From positions 96,001 to 160,000 of IMG/VR virus record IMGVR_UViG_3300045988_120991: 64,000 nucleotides of DNA. One strand, written 5' to 3'. Source of the DNA: a virus. Shown in pieces: positions 29,175 to 39,661 of the stretch (its first letter is position 1; each line of letters starts with the position of its first letter). A program made the translations under genes and the position numbers. Below the pieces are notes generated by a model. The model had not been told where the DNA came from. It ran no database searches and saw only the letters and a program-made list of their open reading frames with translations.

Positions 29175-32100
29175 TTATATAATTATATTTACAAGATAAT
29201 TCGTCAACCAAGGTTCTTGCTCTGGGAGTTTAACCCATTGACCATTCTCGTCCTTACGGCTCTTATTTCTCATTTCAGAATGGAACTGTAATATACAATC
29301 TTTATTAAAAGGATTCTTCTCATAAGCCTTTTTCTGTACCTTATAGACTACAGTTTGCCCATCCCAAAGTTGATAAACCGTAATACGAGGACTCCAATTT
29401 GTATTCAAATCCATAACATAACCAATATTCTTTTTATCTGGAATTACCAATGAACAGAATCCAAAAAGGTCACATTGCCATTTTATTTTAGACTGAATAG
29501 GAACTTCTACTTGTGGAATCATAGAACATAATTCTTTAAGTAGTCCATCTGGATCGGTAATTCTATATTGTTTCTCTGTAGCCGTTGTGTATTTGTCAAG
29601 AAGTTCTTGTGGAAGTCTACATTTGTCCTTCTTCAAAATTTTCTTTCCAGCAAACTGGTCATATACTTCTACAAGGTGCAAAAGAGTTCCCGAAGGTCCA
29701 AAGTCAGAAAAATAGTCAATCTTAATCAATGTATCAATCTTTGCAGAGTTTAAACTAGGAATCTTTTTCATAGCAGTAAGTAACTCAATGAAACTATCAA
29801 ACTTCTGTTTCTGTGAAAGTTCATACAAATCATCCGCACAAGCTTGGCTTAGTCCTTTAATTGACAATAGAGACGGGTTAATTACATGCTTCTCCTTGTC
29901 TGCAACAAACTTTCTGTTATCAACACCAAATTTATACTCACCCTCTTTAATGCCAAAAGCTACTTGCATCTCCTGTTTAAGAGCTTGAACTTTATCCTTC
30001 TTGCCCTTATCAGAAAACACTTGTAGAAGGACTTCATAAAATTCATATTGATAATGAGCCTTTAACCATGCACAATACAGACTATCAAGAGCCATACAAT
30101 AAGCATGAGCACTATTGAAGCCATATCCGCAGGAATCATCAATAATCTGCCATACCTTTGCACTCATTTCTTCCGCTTCTGCATCTGGAATATGGTCATC
30201 CTCCATAATACGCTTCTTGAATCCTTCAATGAATCTAGATTTCAAAGGACGAACCTTTTCTGGATGCTTCTTTGCAATAGCTTTAATAATTCCATAGCAT
30301 TCATCAAGGGGGAATCCAGCATAGTTTAATGTATTCATACTCTGCTCTTGATAAAGAATATAAGAATATGGGAATTGTGGTGTTTGAAGAATCTTATCAA
30401 AAGCCTTAATTCCATACTCAAAATGCTCACGTGATTCAAACTTAGAATACATAGACTTAAAAGCAGGACGAATTGCAGCAATCCAAGCGGCTAACTCTGA
30501 AATATTCTGAGGCTTATACTTTTTGAGCTTTCTCATTGCAGATTCTTTCTCACACTGATTAACTCCAATAGTATATCCATTGGCATAAATATCCCATACT
30601 TTCTTGTCACCATCAACAAGGTCACTAATCTCGCTAGCCGTATGTACTGGAATACCAATACGCTTATAAATCATATCAATGAGCAAAACAACATCTACTT
30701 TAAGCAAGTCATTTTTAAGGAACTTGTACTTTTCTGCAATTGCTCCATCAATAACTGTAGTAATATATTCACGCTTTGTGCTTTCACTCTTGCACTTGAT
30801 AAGACCAATTTCTTCTCTGATGCTACCCTGGTACAATAAGTAGGCACAAGGGGCCTTGTTTTTGTGGTCAATTACTCCCCAATATTTCTTGCTCTTATCA
30901 ATATATGGTTTATACTGCTCATCAATAAAGTCATAAATATTAATATCATCCTTGTCGTCATCGTCGGCATATTTTACTGCTTCTTCATACTTATCAATCT
31001 GCTTAGAAATTTCATTTGCAATATCATAATCTAAGTTAGCTGCTCTTGCGTACAACTTGAATGCTGACTTCTTCTTTAGTGTACCAAAAGCAACCATAGG
31101 ATATGCATGATCTTCTCCAAGAATTTCTTTCTGAGCTTCTGCAAAAGGTTCTACCGTGCCAAGGTTCATATCCAAATCTGGTAATGACTTGGTTTCCAAA
31201 ATTCTCGTCTTACTAATAAAACGCTCTGGATACAGTTTAATTGGAGATGTAAATCTATCAACCTTAGAAAATCCACATAGGGTATTGGTAAAATAACCAA
31301 CGGCACTACCTCTGCCAGTAGTTGTGATAAGCCCACCCTTTTCAATGCCACGCTTAATAATAGCATAATCCATCAAAGGATAGTCCACCATACCAGTTTC
31401 TTTATATACTGATACTTCTTGTTTAACTCCATCAAAGTATTCTTTATATTTATCCTTTGGAACATGTTTCACATAGTCTTTAAAAAGCCTAGAAATAAGC
31501 TTACTATATATTTTATTTCGTTCCTCCTGTGTTTTATCTGGATACAATGTAGGTAACTTAATGTCTGTAGTAAATACTGGCACATTGTCATAATCATCAA
31601 AAGTTAGCAGAATATCAGTATTGTCCATAGCTTTTTGCACAGTTTCTGCATCAAACACACCTTGCTCTACAAATCTTTGACGAACAGTATCATCGTCTGG
31701 ATAATCCATATACCAACCAACTTCATTGTCATCAAACTGAATATTTCGCCCAGCTAGGATATCATCTCTTTCTACCGATTGCTCTGGATAAATATAATGG
31801 CTATCAAGTCCAACTATCATTGGAATGTTATACTTCTCAGACAATTCTTTAATATGCTTGTTTAGAATAATTTGTCTTGAAGTATTGTGATTTTGAATTT
31901 CTAACATGAAGTTGTCTTTAAAATAATCATGTAGATGTTTTACAATTTCGTCACTGTCTTCATATTTCCAAAAGGCAATACATGCAGTTGTGATAAAAAC
32001 ATCATCAGCAGGAAGTGAAAAAATTAAATCAAGGTCAATTCTTGGTTTATAATAATATCCTGTTTCGTTAGCATCAGATAGAATACGATTTATGGCACGT

Positions 32101-32441
32101 CTTCCGTTTTCGTTCTTAGCAAGAATAATTATATGATTGTTGGATTTATCTTTATTGGTACGAATTATTCCATCTTTATTCTTTTTAACTTCACCAGTTT
32201 CTTTATCGTATTCTTCATATTCTTTCTGGCGATCTTTAACCCAATATGCTTCCGTACCAAAAATGAACTTTAAATTATATTCTTTTGCCAACTCAAATGC
32301 TTTATGATAATAGCCTTGCCATCCATGTTCAACAGAGCTAATAACCTTATGCCCAAGTTCTACTGCTCTTTTTGCATATTCCTCTGGCATTGCTGCACTA
32401 TCACCTTCGCTATAGCTTGTATGACGATGGTAATTTTGCAT
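29175..32441 (-). CDS. dnaE: DNA polymerase III alpha subunit (DnaE-type, N-terminal PHP domain)
   Basis: The PHP motif is NYHRHTSYS...VEHG, and GRGSAVGYFTNTLCGFSKVD corresponds to DnaE GRGSAAGS. The protein is 1088 aa and the SD is GGAGGTGACATA. Confidence 0.9.
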   Translation of the reverse strand: MQNYHRHTSYSEGDSAAMPEEYAKRAVELGHKVISSVEHGWQGYYHKAFELAKEYNLKFIFGTEAYWVKDRQKEYEEYDKETGEVKKNKDGIIRTNKDKSNNHIIILAKNENGRRAINRILSDANETGYYYKPRIDLDLIFSLPADDVFITTACIAFWKYEDSDEIVKHLHDYFKDNFMLEIQNHNTSRQIILNKHIKELSEKYNIPMIVGLDSHYIYPEQSVERDDILAGRNIQFDDNEVGWYMDYPDDDTVRQRFVEQGVFDAETVQKAMDNTDILLTFDDYDNVPVFTTDIKLPTLYPDKTQEERNKIYSKLISRLFKDYVKHVPKDKYKEYFDGVKQEVSVYKETGMVDYPLMDYAIIKRGIEKGGLITTTGRGSAVGYFTNTLCGFSKVDRFTSPIKLYPERFISKTRILETKSLPDLDMNLGTVEPFAEAQKEILGEDHAYPMVAFGTLKKKSAFKLYARAANLDYDIANEISKQIDKYEEAVKYADDDDKDDINIYDFIDEQYKPYIDKSKKYWGVIDHKNKAPCAYLLYQGSIREEIGLIKCKSESTKREYITTVIDGAIAEKYKFLKNDLLKVDVVLLIDMIYKRIGIPVHTASEISDLVDGDKKVWDIYANGYTIGVNQCEKESAMRKLKKYKPQNISELAAWIAAIRPAFKSMYSKFESREHFEYGIKAFDKILQTPQFPYSYILYQEQSMNTLNYAGFPLDECYGIIKAIAKKHPEKVRPLKSRFIEGFKKRIMEDDHIPDAEAEEMSAKVWQIIDDSCGYGFNSAHAYCMALDSLYCAWLKAHYQYEFYEVLLQVFSDKGKKDKVQALKQEMQVAFGIKEGEYKFGVDNRKFVADKEKHVINPSLLSIKGLSQACADDLYELSQKQKFDSFIELLTAMKKIPSLNSAKIDTLIKIDYFSDFGPSGTLLHLVEVYDQFAGKKILKKDKCRLPQELLDKYTTATEKQYRITDPDGLLKELCSMIPQVEVPIQSKIKWQCDLFGFCSLVIPDKKNIGYVMDLNTNWSPRITVYQLWDGQTVVYKVQKKAYEKNPFNKDCILQFHSEMRNKSRKDENGQWVKLPEQEPWLTNYLVNIII

Positions 32442-32457
32442 TATGTCACCTCCTACT

Positions 32458-32500
32458 TTAATTTTGTACTGTTATATCATAATTCTTCTTCTTTGTCAAC
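32458..32500 (-). promoter_or_regulatory. sigma-70-type promoter with conserved downstream box
   Basis: The minus strand reads GTTGACAAAGAAGAAGAATTATGATATAACAGTACAAAATTAAAGTAGGAGG. Confidence 0.7.
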
Positions 32501-34213
32501 CACTTCATAATCATTAATAATCATTTGGGCAATTCTTTTTCCCCCATAATCATTAATGCTACATTCTCCAACAACATTAAGTTTAATATTTTCTCCTATT
32601 GCCTCATTTGCCAACTGTAGCAACTCATCATCTTGTGGAAGCTTGAACTTGCAATATTTTACACCATCGGCAAAAAACGATATGGAATTCTTGTCTTTGC
32701 CCATAATTGCAATTTCATCTGTAGAAACCTCAACCCCTTCTACTGCAACCAAAGGCTCAGAAACTCCATGTCCCCAAACCCATTGATTTTTATCAAGCGT
32801 CTGAAAGAAATCTGCGTCTAAATCATACGGGCTAAAAATAAAATCTACATATATAGTATCATCATATTCAATATGATTCAAAGCTTCATTAAGTGCTTTT
32901 TTTGCATCTTCAAGTTTATCCTTATCAATATCACAGCCAAATGCACCTGAATGACCTTGTGCGAAATTAAATAAACCAACAGAATTTACTAATTCCTTAA
33001 AATCTTTCACTGGGGAACCATCGTAATTTCTTGCAGAACCACCTAATGCACCGTCTTTATATTCTTGAAGAACAATAGTAGGTTTGCTTGCAAAGTCGCA
33101 TAGTTTCATACATGATAGACCTACAATGCCACTATCGGCACCATTCACTACAAGCACAACGACCTTATCGTCTGGATTAATTTCATCTTTAAGCTCATTA
33201 TATAAAGCATCTCTCATTTTGTCTTGCTTGGCTTTAATATTTTTACAGAGTCTTGCTGCTCTTGTATAAATATCTTCATCAACCTCGATATCACTTCCAC
33301 GTTTCTTATATGGAAATCTTTCATCAGTTTCAATAAATGCTCTAAATACAAGATCTCTATCTTCCATACTTCCAATACGTATCATACTATTTAAAATTGG
33401 GGTCCAATACCATGAAATTGTATGAATGTTTATAATCCCCTTTGTACTAAATTCTTGTGCTTTTGCTAGAGCTAGTAAGAATTTATTTTTGATGTTCTTA
33501 ATGCCTTCTTCAATATAATATCTTGTTTGTGAATTGCGTATATCCATAACATCGCTAATGTTTGCAAAGGCACATAGGTCTAAAAACTTATCAGCATAAT
33601 CACAAATGTAATAATCATCAAGCGCTCTAAGAAACTCCATTGCAATTCCTGCACCTGAAAAATCTTTATCTGTGTAATTTTTGCTCATTTGATTATTGAC
33701 AATAATAGCTTTATTTGATTTTGCTATATCTTCGGCTTCGTGATGGTCTAAAACAATACAATCAATACCACTATCAATAAGCTTATTAAATTGCTCTGCA
33801 TCATTTGTTCCTGCATCTGGTACTATAAATAATTTTGTACCATCTGGAATACAAAAATCTCCATCTTCCATCTTCACAAGACCATGTGTTTTGTTATTAT
33901 TATGTAAAATATATCTAACTGGATAATCCTCTTCTAGCATTTTGATATAACTATATAACATTGCCGCACTTGAAAATCCGTCAGGATCACTATCGACGAG
34001 AATGGAAATACAGTCATTGTTTTCAAAATGCTTCGCGAAGCAGTCAACAGCTTCTTCCATATTGTCAAGGTTATCATAGTCATTTATGCAACTCGAATCC
34101 AGAGAAAGGTATTCCTCTGGATTCTCAATGCCACGATTTAAAAGCACTGTTTCTATTAATTTGTCTTTATCATTTAAATTATTTTTAAAAAGTTTATAAT
34201 TCAAATAAATCAT
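32477..34213 (-). CDS. DHH-family phosphoesterase, RecJ-like ssDNA exonuclease
   Basis: The DHH motifs are DSDPDG, VLDHHE and GHSGAFG. I prefer the start at ATG 34213 over 34270, but it remains uncertain because the SD is weak. Confidence 0.75.
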   Translation of the reverse strand: MIYLNYKLFKNNLNDKDKLIETVLLNRGIENPEEYLSLDSSCINDYDNLDNMEEAVDCFAKHFENNDCISILVDSDPDGFSSAAMLYSYIKMLEEDYPVRYILHNNNKTHGLVKMEDGDFCIPDGTKLFIVPDAGTNDAEQFNKLIDSGIDCIVLDHHEAEDIAKSNKAIIVNNQMSKNYTDKDFSGAGIAMEFLRALDDYYICDYADKFLDLCAFANISDVMDIRNSQTRYYIEEGIKNIKNKFLLALAKAQEFSTKGIINIHTISWYWTPILNSMIRIGSMEDRDLVFRAFIETDERFPYKKRGSDIEVDEDIYTRAARLCKNIKAKQDKMRDALYNELKDEINPDDKVVVLVVNGADSGIVGLSCMKLCDFASKPTIVLQEYKDGALGGSARNYDGSPVKDFKELVNSVGLFNFAQGHSGAFGCDIDKDKLEDAKKALNEALNHIEYDDTIYVDFIFSPYDLDADFFQTLDKNQWVWGHGVSEPLVAVEGVEVSTDEIAIMGKDKNSISFFADGVKYCKFKLPQDDELLQLANEAIGENIKLNVVGECSINDYGGKRIAQMIINDYEVVDKEEEL

Positions 34214-34217
34214 TCCT

Positions 34218-35507
34218 TTATTCTGTTTTCCACCTAAATACAAACCCTTTTGTTTTTTCTTGTACACCATGACAGCATTCTAAAATTCTTGTTTTACTTG
34301 CATTCGTATTTTTTACGGCATCCGCAACATTTTTATATTCTGCTATAAAATTTCCATCTAAATCATACTGTAATACTGGAAGTCTAACTGGGCTTTTATG
34401 ATAATTTGTAGATTTAATTTTATCTAAATCATAATCTCCGTCGGCATATTTCCATACAAATCCACCAGCCATAGAGCCATCTTTAGCTAAACATCTCGAT
34501 ATGGTAGAATTGTTAATTCCAGTTATCCTTGATGCCTCAACAATACTTTCATAAGTTGCAATAATATTTCCATTTGTGTCTATTTGCACAACTTCTTTAT
34601 ATACTGGATTTTTATATACATATGTTTTTGACGGGTCATATTCTTCTTTGTATATCCAGATATATTCGCCAGCGTGGTTATAATTGCCTTTGCAGCACAT
34701 AGTTATACTTGAATCATAAATATTTGTGTTTATACTTGCGTCTTTTATAGTACTATATTCTGCTATAAAATTACCCAATTTATCCAATTGTACAACCGGC
34801 CTTAATGTATTATTATCATATGTTATATCATTATGAGGATCATAATCTTTTTTATAAACCCAAAGAAACTTTCCGCCAGATTTAGAATGTAATTTACCAA
34901 GGCAGCACTTGTTAATAGTTGTTTCATCAACACCAGTTATTTCACTGGCTTCTCTACCACTTTTAAATTCTGCTATATATTTTCCATCTAAGCCTAATTG
35001 AATAACTGGTACACTTTGTATTTTGCTTATAACATTTTTTGTTTCATCCGAATGATGTTTACCATAAAATGGGTTACATTCTCCAGAAAATTTCTTGCTC
35101 CACTTTTCTTTTAACTCGTCTGTCCATCTATTTCTTTGAGCTTCACTCATTTTGTTTTTAGTATCATCAGATACTATTAATCCACTTACTCCGCCTCCAC
35201 CATAACAAAGATTGTACCAATTTTTATCTTCTACAACATTAAGAAAAACACTTAAATCATATTCAGATTTATTTAATTCTTCTAATGAATCACAAAAACA
35301 TATAATATTTCTAGAAAAATTTTCTTTGCCATATTTTCTTACTGCACTTTTAAATGCACTACCGCTTCCTAAATAATTCTTCCATTTATAATTATCATCA
35401 AAAGATTTTTGTCCAAGGTATCTTTTGCCGTTAACCATATTTGTAGTAATATATATAAATCCATATGGTTCTTTAATTATTTTTTTTACTTCTTCCACAA
35501 CTCTCAA
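34218..35507 (-). CDS. GIY-YIG homing endonuclease with repeated C-terminal DNA-binding modules
   Basis: It has GFIYITTNMVNGKRYLGQ (GIY) and NYLGSG (YIG). These are followed by about five repeats of a roughly 55-aa module ending ...G.[FY].W.Y. The start is non-ATG (TTG) with no SD. Confidence 0.85.
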   Translation of the reverse strand: MRVVEEVKKIIKEPYGFIYITTNMVNGKRYLGQKSFDDNYKWKNYLGSGSAFKSAVRKYGKENFSRNIICFCDSLEELNKSEYDLSVFLNVVEDKNWYNLCYGGGGVSGLIVSDDTKNKMSEAQRNRWTDELKEKWSKKFSGECNPFYGKHHSDETKNVISKIQSVPVIQLGLDGKYIAEFKSGREASEITGVDETTINKCCLGKLHSKSGGKFLWVYKKDYDPHNDITYDNNTLRPVVQLDKLGNFIAEYSTIKDASINTNIYDSSITMCCKGNYNHAGEYIWIYKEEYDPSKTYVYKNPVYKEVVQIDTNGNIIATYESIVEASRITGINNSTISRCLAKDGSMAGGFVWKYADGDYDLDKIKSTNYHKSPVRLPVLQYDLDGNFIAEYKNVADAVKNTNASKTRILECCHGVQEKTKGFVFRWKTE

Positions 35508-35539
35508 TCATAAGAGTTTTTATCGCATCTTTTGTTCTC

Positions 35540-35713
35540 TTAATTACTCCTTTCTTGATTAATTTGCAATGCATCTACAATATCTAAATAATCATCAATA
35601 ATATCCAAAATCATTTCTCTGTCGTTATCATCCCTAAAAACGCACTCTCCACGACTTCTTGCTTCTTTTTGTCTCGCGATAAATTCTTCTTCTGTTTCGT
35701 AAGAATACTTCAT
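35540..35713 (-). CDS. small acidic protein (57 aa), not in track
   Basis: ATG 35713 follows GGTGATGTAA. The translation is MKYSYETEEEFIARQKEARSRGE... Confidence 0.45.
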   Translation of the reverse strand: MKYSYETEEEFIARQKEARSRGECVFRDDNDREMILDIIDDYLDIVDALQINQERSN

Positions 35714-35727
35714 TTACATCACCAACA

Positions 35728-36009
35728 TTAATTTTTCGCAGTTATTGTAATACATTTTGTGCCAACATAAGGAACAGTTTTTCGAGCATAGCATTTTCTA
35801 CACATATAATCCGTTCCTCCTGTGGACATTCCAATACATTCCCACTCATGGTCGGATTCTGATTGGCACGTTTTATTAGCGGCAGCATCATCAATAGGAT
35901 TACACTTTGCTCTTTGTCCACGCTCTGGTGTCTTTTTATCACACTTCTTATCCCACTTTGAGCACCATCCACAAGGGGTTTCATACACACAATTTATTGT
36001 TCCCATCAT
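35728..36009 (-). CDS. Cys-rich protein (93 aa)
   Basis: I trimmed the track ORF to ATG 36009 (GAGGTGAAAATT upstream). Confidence 0.55.
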   Translation of the reverse strand: MMGTINCVYETPCGWCSKWDKKCDKKTPERGQRAKCNPIDDAAANKTCQSESDHEWECIGMSTGGTDYMCRKCYARKTVPYVGTKCITITAKN

Positions 36010-36014
36010 AATTT

Positions 36015-36182
36015 TCACCTCATATTCACCGTAGCATAAATTTCATAATCCTTATGCTCTCCAATTCCGTACCCACTATATACTTTGCTAATTGAAACAA
36101 TCACCTGTTCTTCTTTAACATCAAACTCTTTTGCAATTAGCCGCTTAATATCTTTTGCATCTAATTCAATTGTTTGTTTCAT
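36015..36182 (-). CDS. small protein (55 aa), not in track
   Basis: ATG 36182 follows GAGGTGAAGC. The translation is MKQTIELDAKDIKRLIAKEF... Confidence 0.5.
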   Translation of the reverse strand: MKQTIELDAKDIKRLIAKEFDVKEEQVIVSISKVYSGYGIGEHKDYEIYATVNMR

Positions 36183-36190
36183 GCTTCACC

Positions 36191-36544
36191 TCAATAAACA
36201 ATATTCTGTCCCAAGGTGCAGAAACAAATGCCATCTCCACCATTCTTCGGGTTGCTAGGACAATTTTCACAGGCCTTCGCACCAAATGCAGTAATAGCAC
36301 TTGAAGTTGCTAGATTTGTACTATCCCAACCTGTTGATGTTCCATTCCAACTTAGTGGAATACTATCCTTATTAATAAGAGTATCTTTATTACCACCGAA
36401 CGGTACTCTGGTAATCTTCTCTGGCTTCCCTGTCCAGCTCCATCCGCAATTCCAACACACCTTACGAGGAATAGGTGGATATGTGCAAATCACTGTATTC
36501 TGTAAATCGTGCCCACACTTTGGGCAAGTTTCAATAACAATCAT
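36191..36544 (-). CDS. zinc-ribbon protein (117 aa)
   Basis: It contains CPKCGH...CWNCGW. Confidence 0.55.
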   Translation of the reverse strand: MIVIETCPKCGHDLQNTVICTYPPIPRKVCWNCGWSWTGKPEKITRVPFGGNKDTLINKDSIPLSWNGTSTGWDSTNLATSSAITAFGAKACENCPSNPKNGGDGICFCTLGQNIVY

Positions 36545-36738
36545 CTCTTATCCTCCTTAAACTTAACCTCATATTTCATACCATCATCAAAGTTAACAAA
36601 TAGCCGTCTATATTCTTCAGGACAATCATTATCGAATATATAATCAAAGCAGCTTGTGTCCCACCACTCATAAAAGTCTTCGTCATAACATCCATCTTTG
36701 TCATAAAAGGCAACTTGAAAATTTTCAATCTTCTTCAT
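36541..36738 (-). CDS. hypothetical protein (65 aa)
   Basis: Track ORF with 4-nt overlaps on both sides. Confidence 0.5.
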   Translation of the reverse strand: MKKIENFQVAFYDKDGCYDEDFYEWWDTSCFDYIFDNDCPEEYRRLFVNFDDGMKYEVKFKEDKR

Positions 36739-36973
36739 TATTCATTCTCCACCAATCTTTCATATCCCACCGATAACTTTCTTGAGCTTCCTTATGCATT
36801 CTCCTCAGCGAGTCCTTCAAGAATGCTTTAGTTTGTTCGTCCCAACCAATGCACTCTAACTGCATACGAGCATTATCATCACATTTACTTAGAGCATGGT
36901 CTAAATTCCCAAGAAAAGAGATTGCCTTATTATATGCTGGATAAAAATGTTTATTATAATCAGATGTAGTCAT
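36725..36973 (-). CDS. hypothetical protein (82 aa)
   Basis: Track ORF. Confidence 0.5.
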   Translation of the reverse strand: MTTSDYNKHFYPAYNKAISFLGNLDHALSKCDDNARMQLECIGWDEQTKAFLKDSLRRMHKEAQESYRWDMKDWWRMNNEED

Positions 36974-36982
36974 TCTACTACC

Positions 36983-37201
36983 TCACAATCCAAGATAATA
37001 TTCTGGCTCGTTACTGCCGCCATTATAAGCCTGAACTTCATATCCAAAGAGAATGTGAGTCATGTCATTATAAACAAGAATTTCCGATTGACAAAGCCTA
37101 AAGGCAGGATAATTCAAGAAAATCTTTTTAGGCTCTAAATTATCAAATTTAAGCATCATAATGGAACAATAAATACTATTCAAAAAATCTTCTTTATTCA
37201 T
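36983..37201 (-). CDS. hypothetical protein (72 aa)
   Basis: Track ORF. Confidence 0.5.
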   Translation of the reverse strand: MNKEDFLNSIYCSIMMLKFDNLEPKKIFLNYPAFRLCQSEILVYNDMTHILFGYEVQAYNGGSNEPEYYLGL

Positions 37202-37204
37202 AAT

Positions 37205-37363
37205 TCAATCCTCCTCTGAAATAGCTTCAATGGCATCAATAAGCTCCTGCCAAAAATCAAAAGCCTCTATATCGTCGGCTTTGTTCCTACTATACAGACC
37301 TATTGGGTAAGTTTCCTTCTGTCTATTTTCTAAAATTGAAATGACTGATTCCTTATAAATCAT
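37205..37363 (-). CDS. small protein (52 aa), not in track
   Basis: ATG 37363 follows TGGAGTAAATTACA and sits directly behind promoter 37378..37422. Confidence 0.5.
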   Translation of the reverse strand: MIYKESVISILENRQKETYPIGLYSRNKADDIEAFDFWQELIDAIEAISEED

Positions 37364-37377
37364 TGTAATTTACTCCA

Positions 37378-37422
37378 TTAATTTTGTACTGTCATTATAT
37401 CACATGATTTCTATTTGTTAAA
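37378..37422 (-). promoter_or_regulatory. sigma-70-type promoter (TTAACA -35) with conserved downstream box
   Basis: The minus strand reads TTTAACAAATAGAAATCATGTGATATAATGACAGTACAAAATTAATGGAG. Confidence 0.65.
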
Positions 37423-37603
37423 TAGAACTTCTTGGGTATTTAGTAGTATTAGAGATTATAATCAACGCTCTTACTGCCGTATTACAAATACAATCTCCAT
37501 CTTGCCACCACATACATTTCTCCTTTTCACACATCAATGTCCCTGGAGACAGTGCAGTATCAGCAAGGCAATAACACAGTGGACAAAATTTTCTATCTTC
37601 CAT
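37418..37603 (-). CDS. Cys-rich protein (61 aa)
   Basis: ATG 37603 follows AAGGAGGATTATT. Confidence 0.5.
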   Translation of the reverse strand: MEDRKFCPLCYCLADTALSPGTLMCEKEKCMWWQDGDCICNTAVRALIIISNTTKYPRSSI

Positions 37604-37614
37604 AATAATCCTCC

Positions 37615-38043
37615 TTAATAGCTATCATAAAAATACGCCGTGTCTTCTGGGTGTTTCTTCAACCAACACTTTAGCCTATATAGCCCAACAAGATTTCTTG
37701 CCTGATTGTGTCGAGTATATTTGTCCCAATCCCAGATGGTGTTTCCTTCATATACCCAAGTATCCTTGTGGAGAAAATGCTTGAATGCTTTAATGACATC
37801 ATCAATATTATCAAGCGTCACAGGATACTCATACTCATTTGTTACTGTCGGGTCTACCGCTCGTAAGATAGCATTCCTAATTCCCCAGCACTTCCTCCAG
37901 TAGCAAACGGAACATTCACCTGGTTCATACCACTCTTCGTGACTAAATAGTTTATATGCCTTTTTATAATTCTCTATATTCTTTACATGTAGGTCAATAC
38001 CATTATCAAGTCCCAAATCAATTACCTCCCAAAATACAGCCAA
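37615..38043 (-). CDS. hypothetical protein (142 aa)
   Basis: Track ORF. Confidence 0.55.
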   Translation of the reverse strand: MAVFWEVIDLGLDNGIDLHVKNIENYKKAYKLFSHEEWYEPGECSVCYWRKCWGIRNAILRAVDPTVTNEYEYPVTLDNIDDVIKAFKHFLHKDTWVYEGNTIWDWDKYTRHNQARNLVGLYRLKCWLKKHPEDTAYFYDSY

Positions 38044-38456
38044 AATCTATTTTTAGACAAGTTAATCTGATCCTCTTTTAGTTCCTTAATTTTATTGTTG
38101 TTATCTACATAAATCTCAAGCTGCTTTGTAGCAAGTTCATTGCTCTGTAGTTCAGGATATGCAGAAGCAAATAGAACTGCATTCTCAGGTTTCAAAGAGC
38201 TATATGTATCAGACTCGTGCTTATAATAATCTTTTACAAGTACATCAAGGCTCTGCTCAATCCTCAAATTCTCTTCTTCATACATTTCAATCTTGTCATC
38301 GAAAGTTCTCCCATGAATAAGAATACCAATATTGATAAAAATGCCTAATAAAGCTATTCCTATAATAATAACTCCGAATTCACCAAGGCCATCTTCTGTT
38401 GTATGTACATATAATATGATAAGAACAACTCCAATAAGAAAGAATAAAATAAACAT
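38022..38456 (-). CDS. membrane protein (144 aa)
   Basis: I trimmed the track ORF to ATG 38456 (GGAGGTAACT upstream). It has two N-terminal hydrophobic helices. Confidence 0.6.
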   Translation of the reverse strand: MFILFFLIGVVLIILYVHTTEDGLGEFGVIIIGIALLGIFINIGILIHGRTFDDKIEMYEEENLRIEQSLDVLVKDYYKHESDTYSSLKPENAVLFASAYPELQSNELATKQLEIYVDNNNKIKELKEDQINLSKNRFWLYFGR

Positions 38457-38458
38457 AG

Positions 38459-38860
38459 TTACCTCCAAAACTTCTTCATATTAAGCCCACGAAATTGTTC
38501 TTGTCCCTTATAAATCTCTCCTTTATACGGAGCTGATTTCCATGTATGACCTTCTGAGTATTTTTTGATGTAATAATTACTCTCACCTTCATGATATAGC
38601 TTCTCAGCTTCTCTATCTGTCATATAAACCTGAGAGAACACACTGACTCCGTTGCAATAAAGAATATAACCATTTAAGTTGTTCTTGCACCACGCAAAAT
38701 AAAGCTCCTTATAACACCAACCGATAATGTTCAAGATAAAAACAGGTACACAAAGAACGAAAACAAAGACATCATCGTTCTCACCACTTGCCTCATAAAT
38801 AATAATACCAATAATCTGCCACACTAGAATCCCGATAAGCCCAGCGATAATATAATTCAT
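38459..38860 (-). CDS. membrane protein (133 aa)
   Basis: It has two hydrophobic helices in the N-terminal half. Confidence 0.6.
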   Translation of the reverse strand: MNYIIAGLIGILVWQIIGIIIYEASGENDDVFVFVLCVPVFILNIIGWCYKELYFAWCKNNLNGYILYCNGVSVFSQVYMTDREAEKLYHEGESNYYIKKYSEGHTWKSAPYKGEIYKGQEQFRGLNMKKFWR

Positions 38861-39051
38861 CTGCTACCACCCCTTCTTTCAAAGTCAATCAGTGCAGTAA
38901 TATCTGCAATACTTAGCCCATAATCTTCTGCTACTTGCTTGATTTTATCAATACTAATCTCAAAGTCGTCTTTACACGACCATGCCGTGCATCCATCAAA
39001 GGAATCGTAGCATTTACAACAATAACATTTCATGTTTTTAATATCACTCAT
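38857..39051 (-). CDS. hypothetical Cys-rich protein (64 aa)
   Basis: Track ORF. Confidence 0.5.
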   Translation of the reverse strand: MSDIKNMKCYCCKCYDSFDGCTAWSCKDDFEISIDKIKQVAEDYGLSIADITALIDFERRGGSR

Positions 39052-39392
39052 TATTTTTCTCCTTTTGCAAACGGATCATATTCTGACGGGTCTGCTTTAT
39101 TTGCCCACTCAACCCATCGTACCGCCTTATCTCTCAGTTCATCATCGAGTAGAAATGGCTCTTGCACAAGAATAAGACTTGGATTCTTCTTCATAATATC
39201 AGCGTTATCTACGATTTCCTCATAATCAATTGGGAATTGTAACATTTTCGAGTAAACTCGGTCTCCGCGTGAACTAATTCTACGAGTAAATGTCTCTTCT
39301 CTGAACTTAAACTTCTCTGTTAAGTGTGGATTAAGTGTTAAATCATATTTTACGATATAGCCAATTTTCATTAAATTTTCCTCCCTAGACAA
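39051..39392 (-). CDS. hypothetical protein (113 aa)
   Basis: Track ORF. Confidence 0.55.
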   Translation of the reverse strand: MSREENLMKIGYIVKYDLTLNPHLTEKFKFREETFTRRISSRGDRVYSKMLQFPIDYEEIVDNADIMKKNPSLILVQEPFLLDDELRDKAVRWVEWANKADPSEYDPFAKGEK

Positions 39393-39640
39393 TCAACTTC
39401 AATAATGTCGTTGTCAAGTACATCTGTTTCGTAAAGCATCTTTTCCAATGCATGAAGTTCATTGAAATAACGCTCAAGTTCTTTCTTGAGATTCTTTACT
39501 GCTTCTTCTTTTGTCTCTCCATATCCACGGATGTTTGTTATATCAAATTCATGATAATCATCAGCATCATTAAATAAATAACAGGTATGTGATTCCCGTT
39601 TTTCTTTACCATCATTGTGGTGTGCAATCTTCATTAACAT
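39371..39640 (-). CDS. hypothetical protein (89 aa)
   Basis: Track ORF. Confidence 0.5.
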   Translation of the reverse strand: MLMKIAHHNDGKEKRESHTCYLFNDADDYHEFDITNIRGYGETKEEAVKNLKKELERYFNELHALEKMLYETDVLDNDIIEVDCLGRKI

Positions 39641-39661
39641 AATTCATTCTCCTTGGCGATA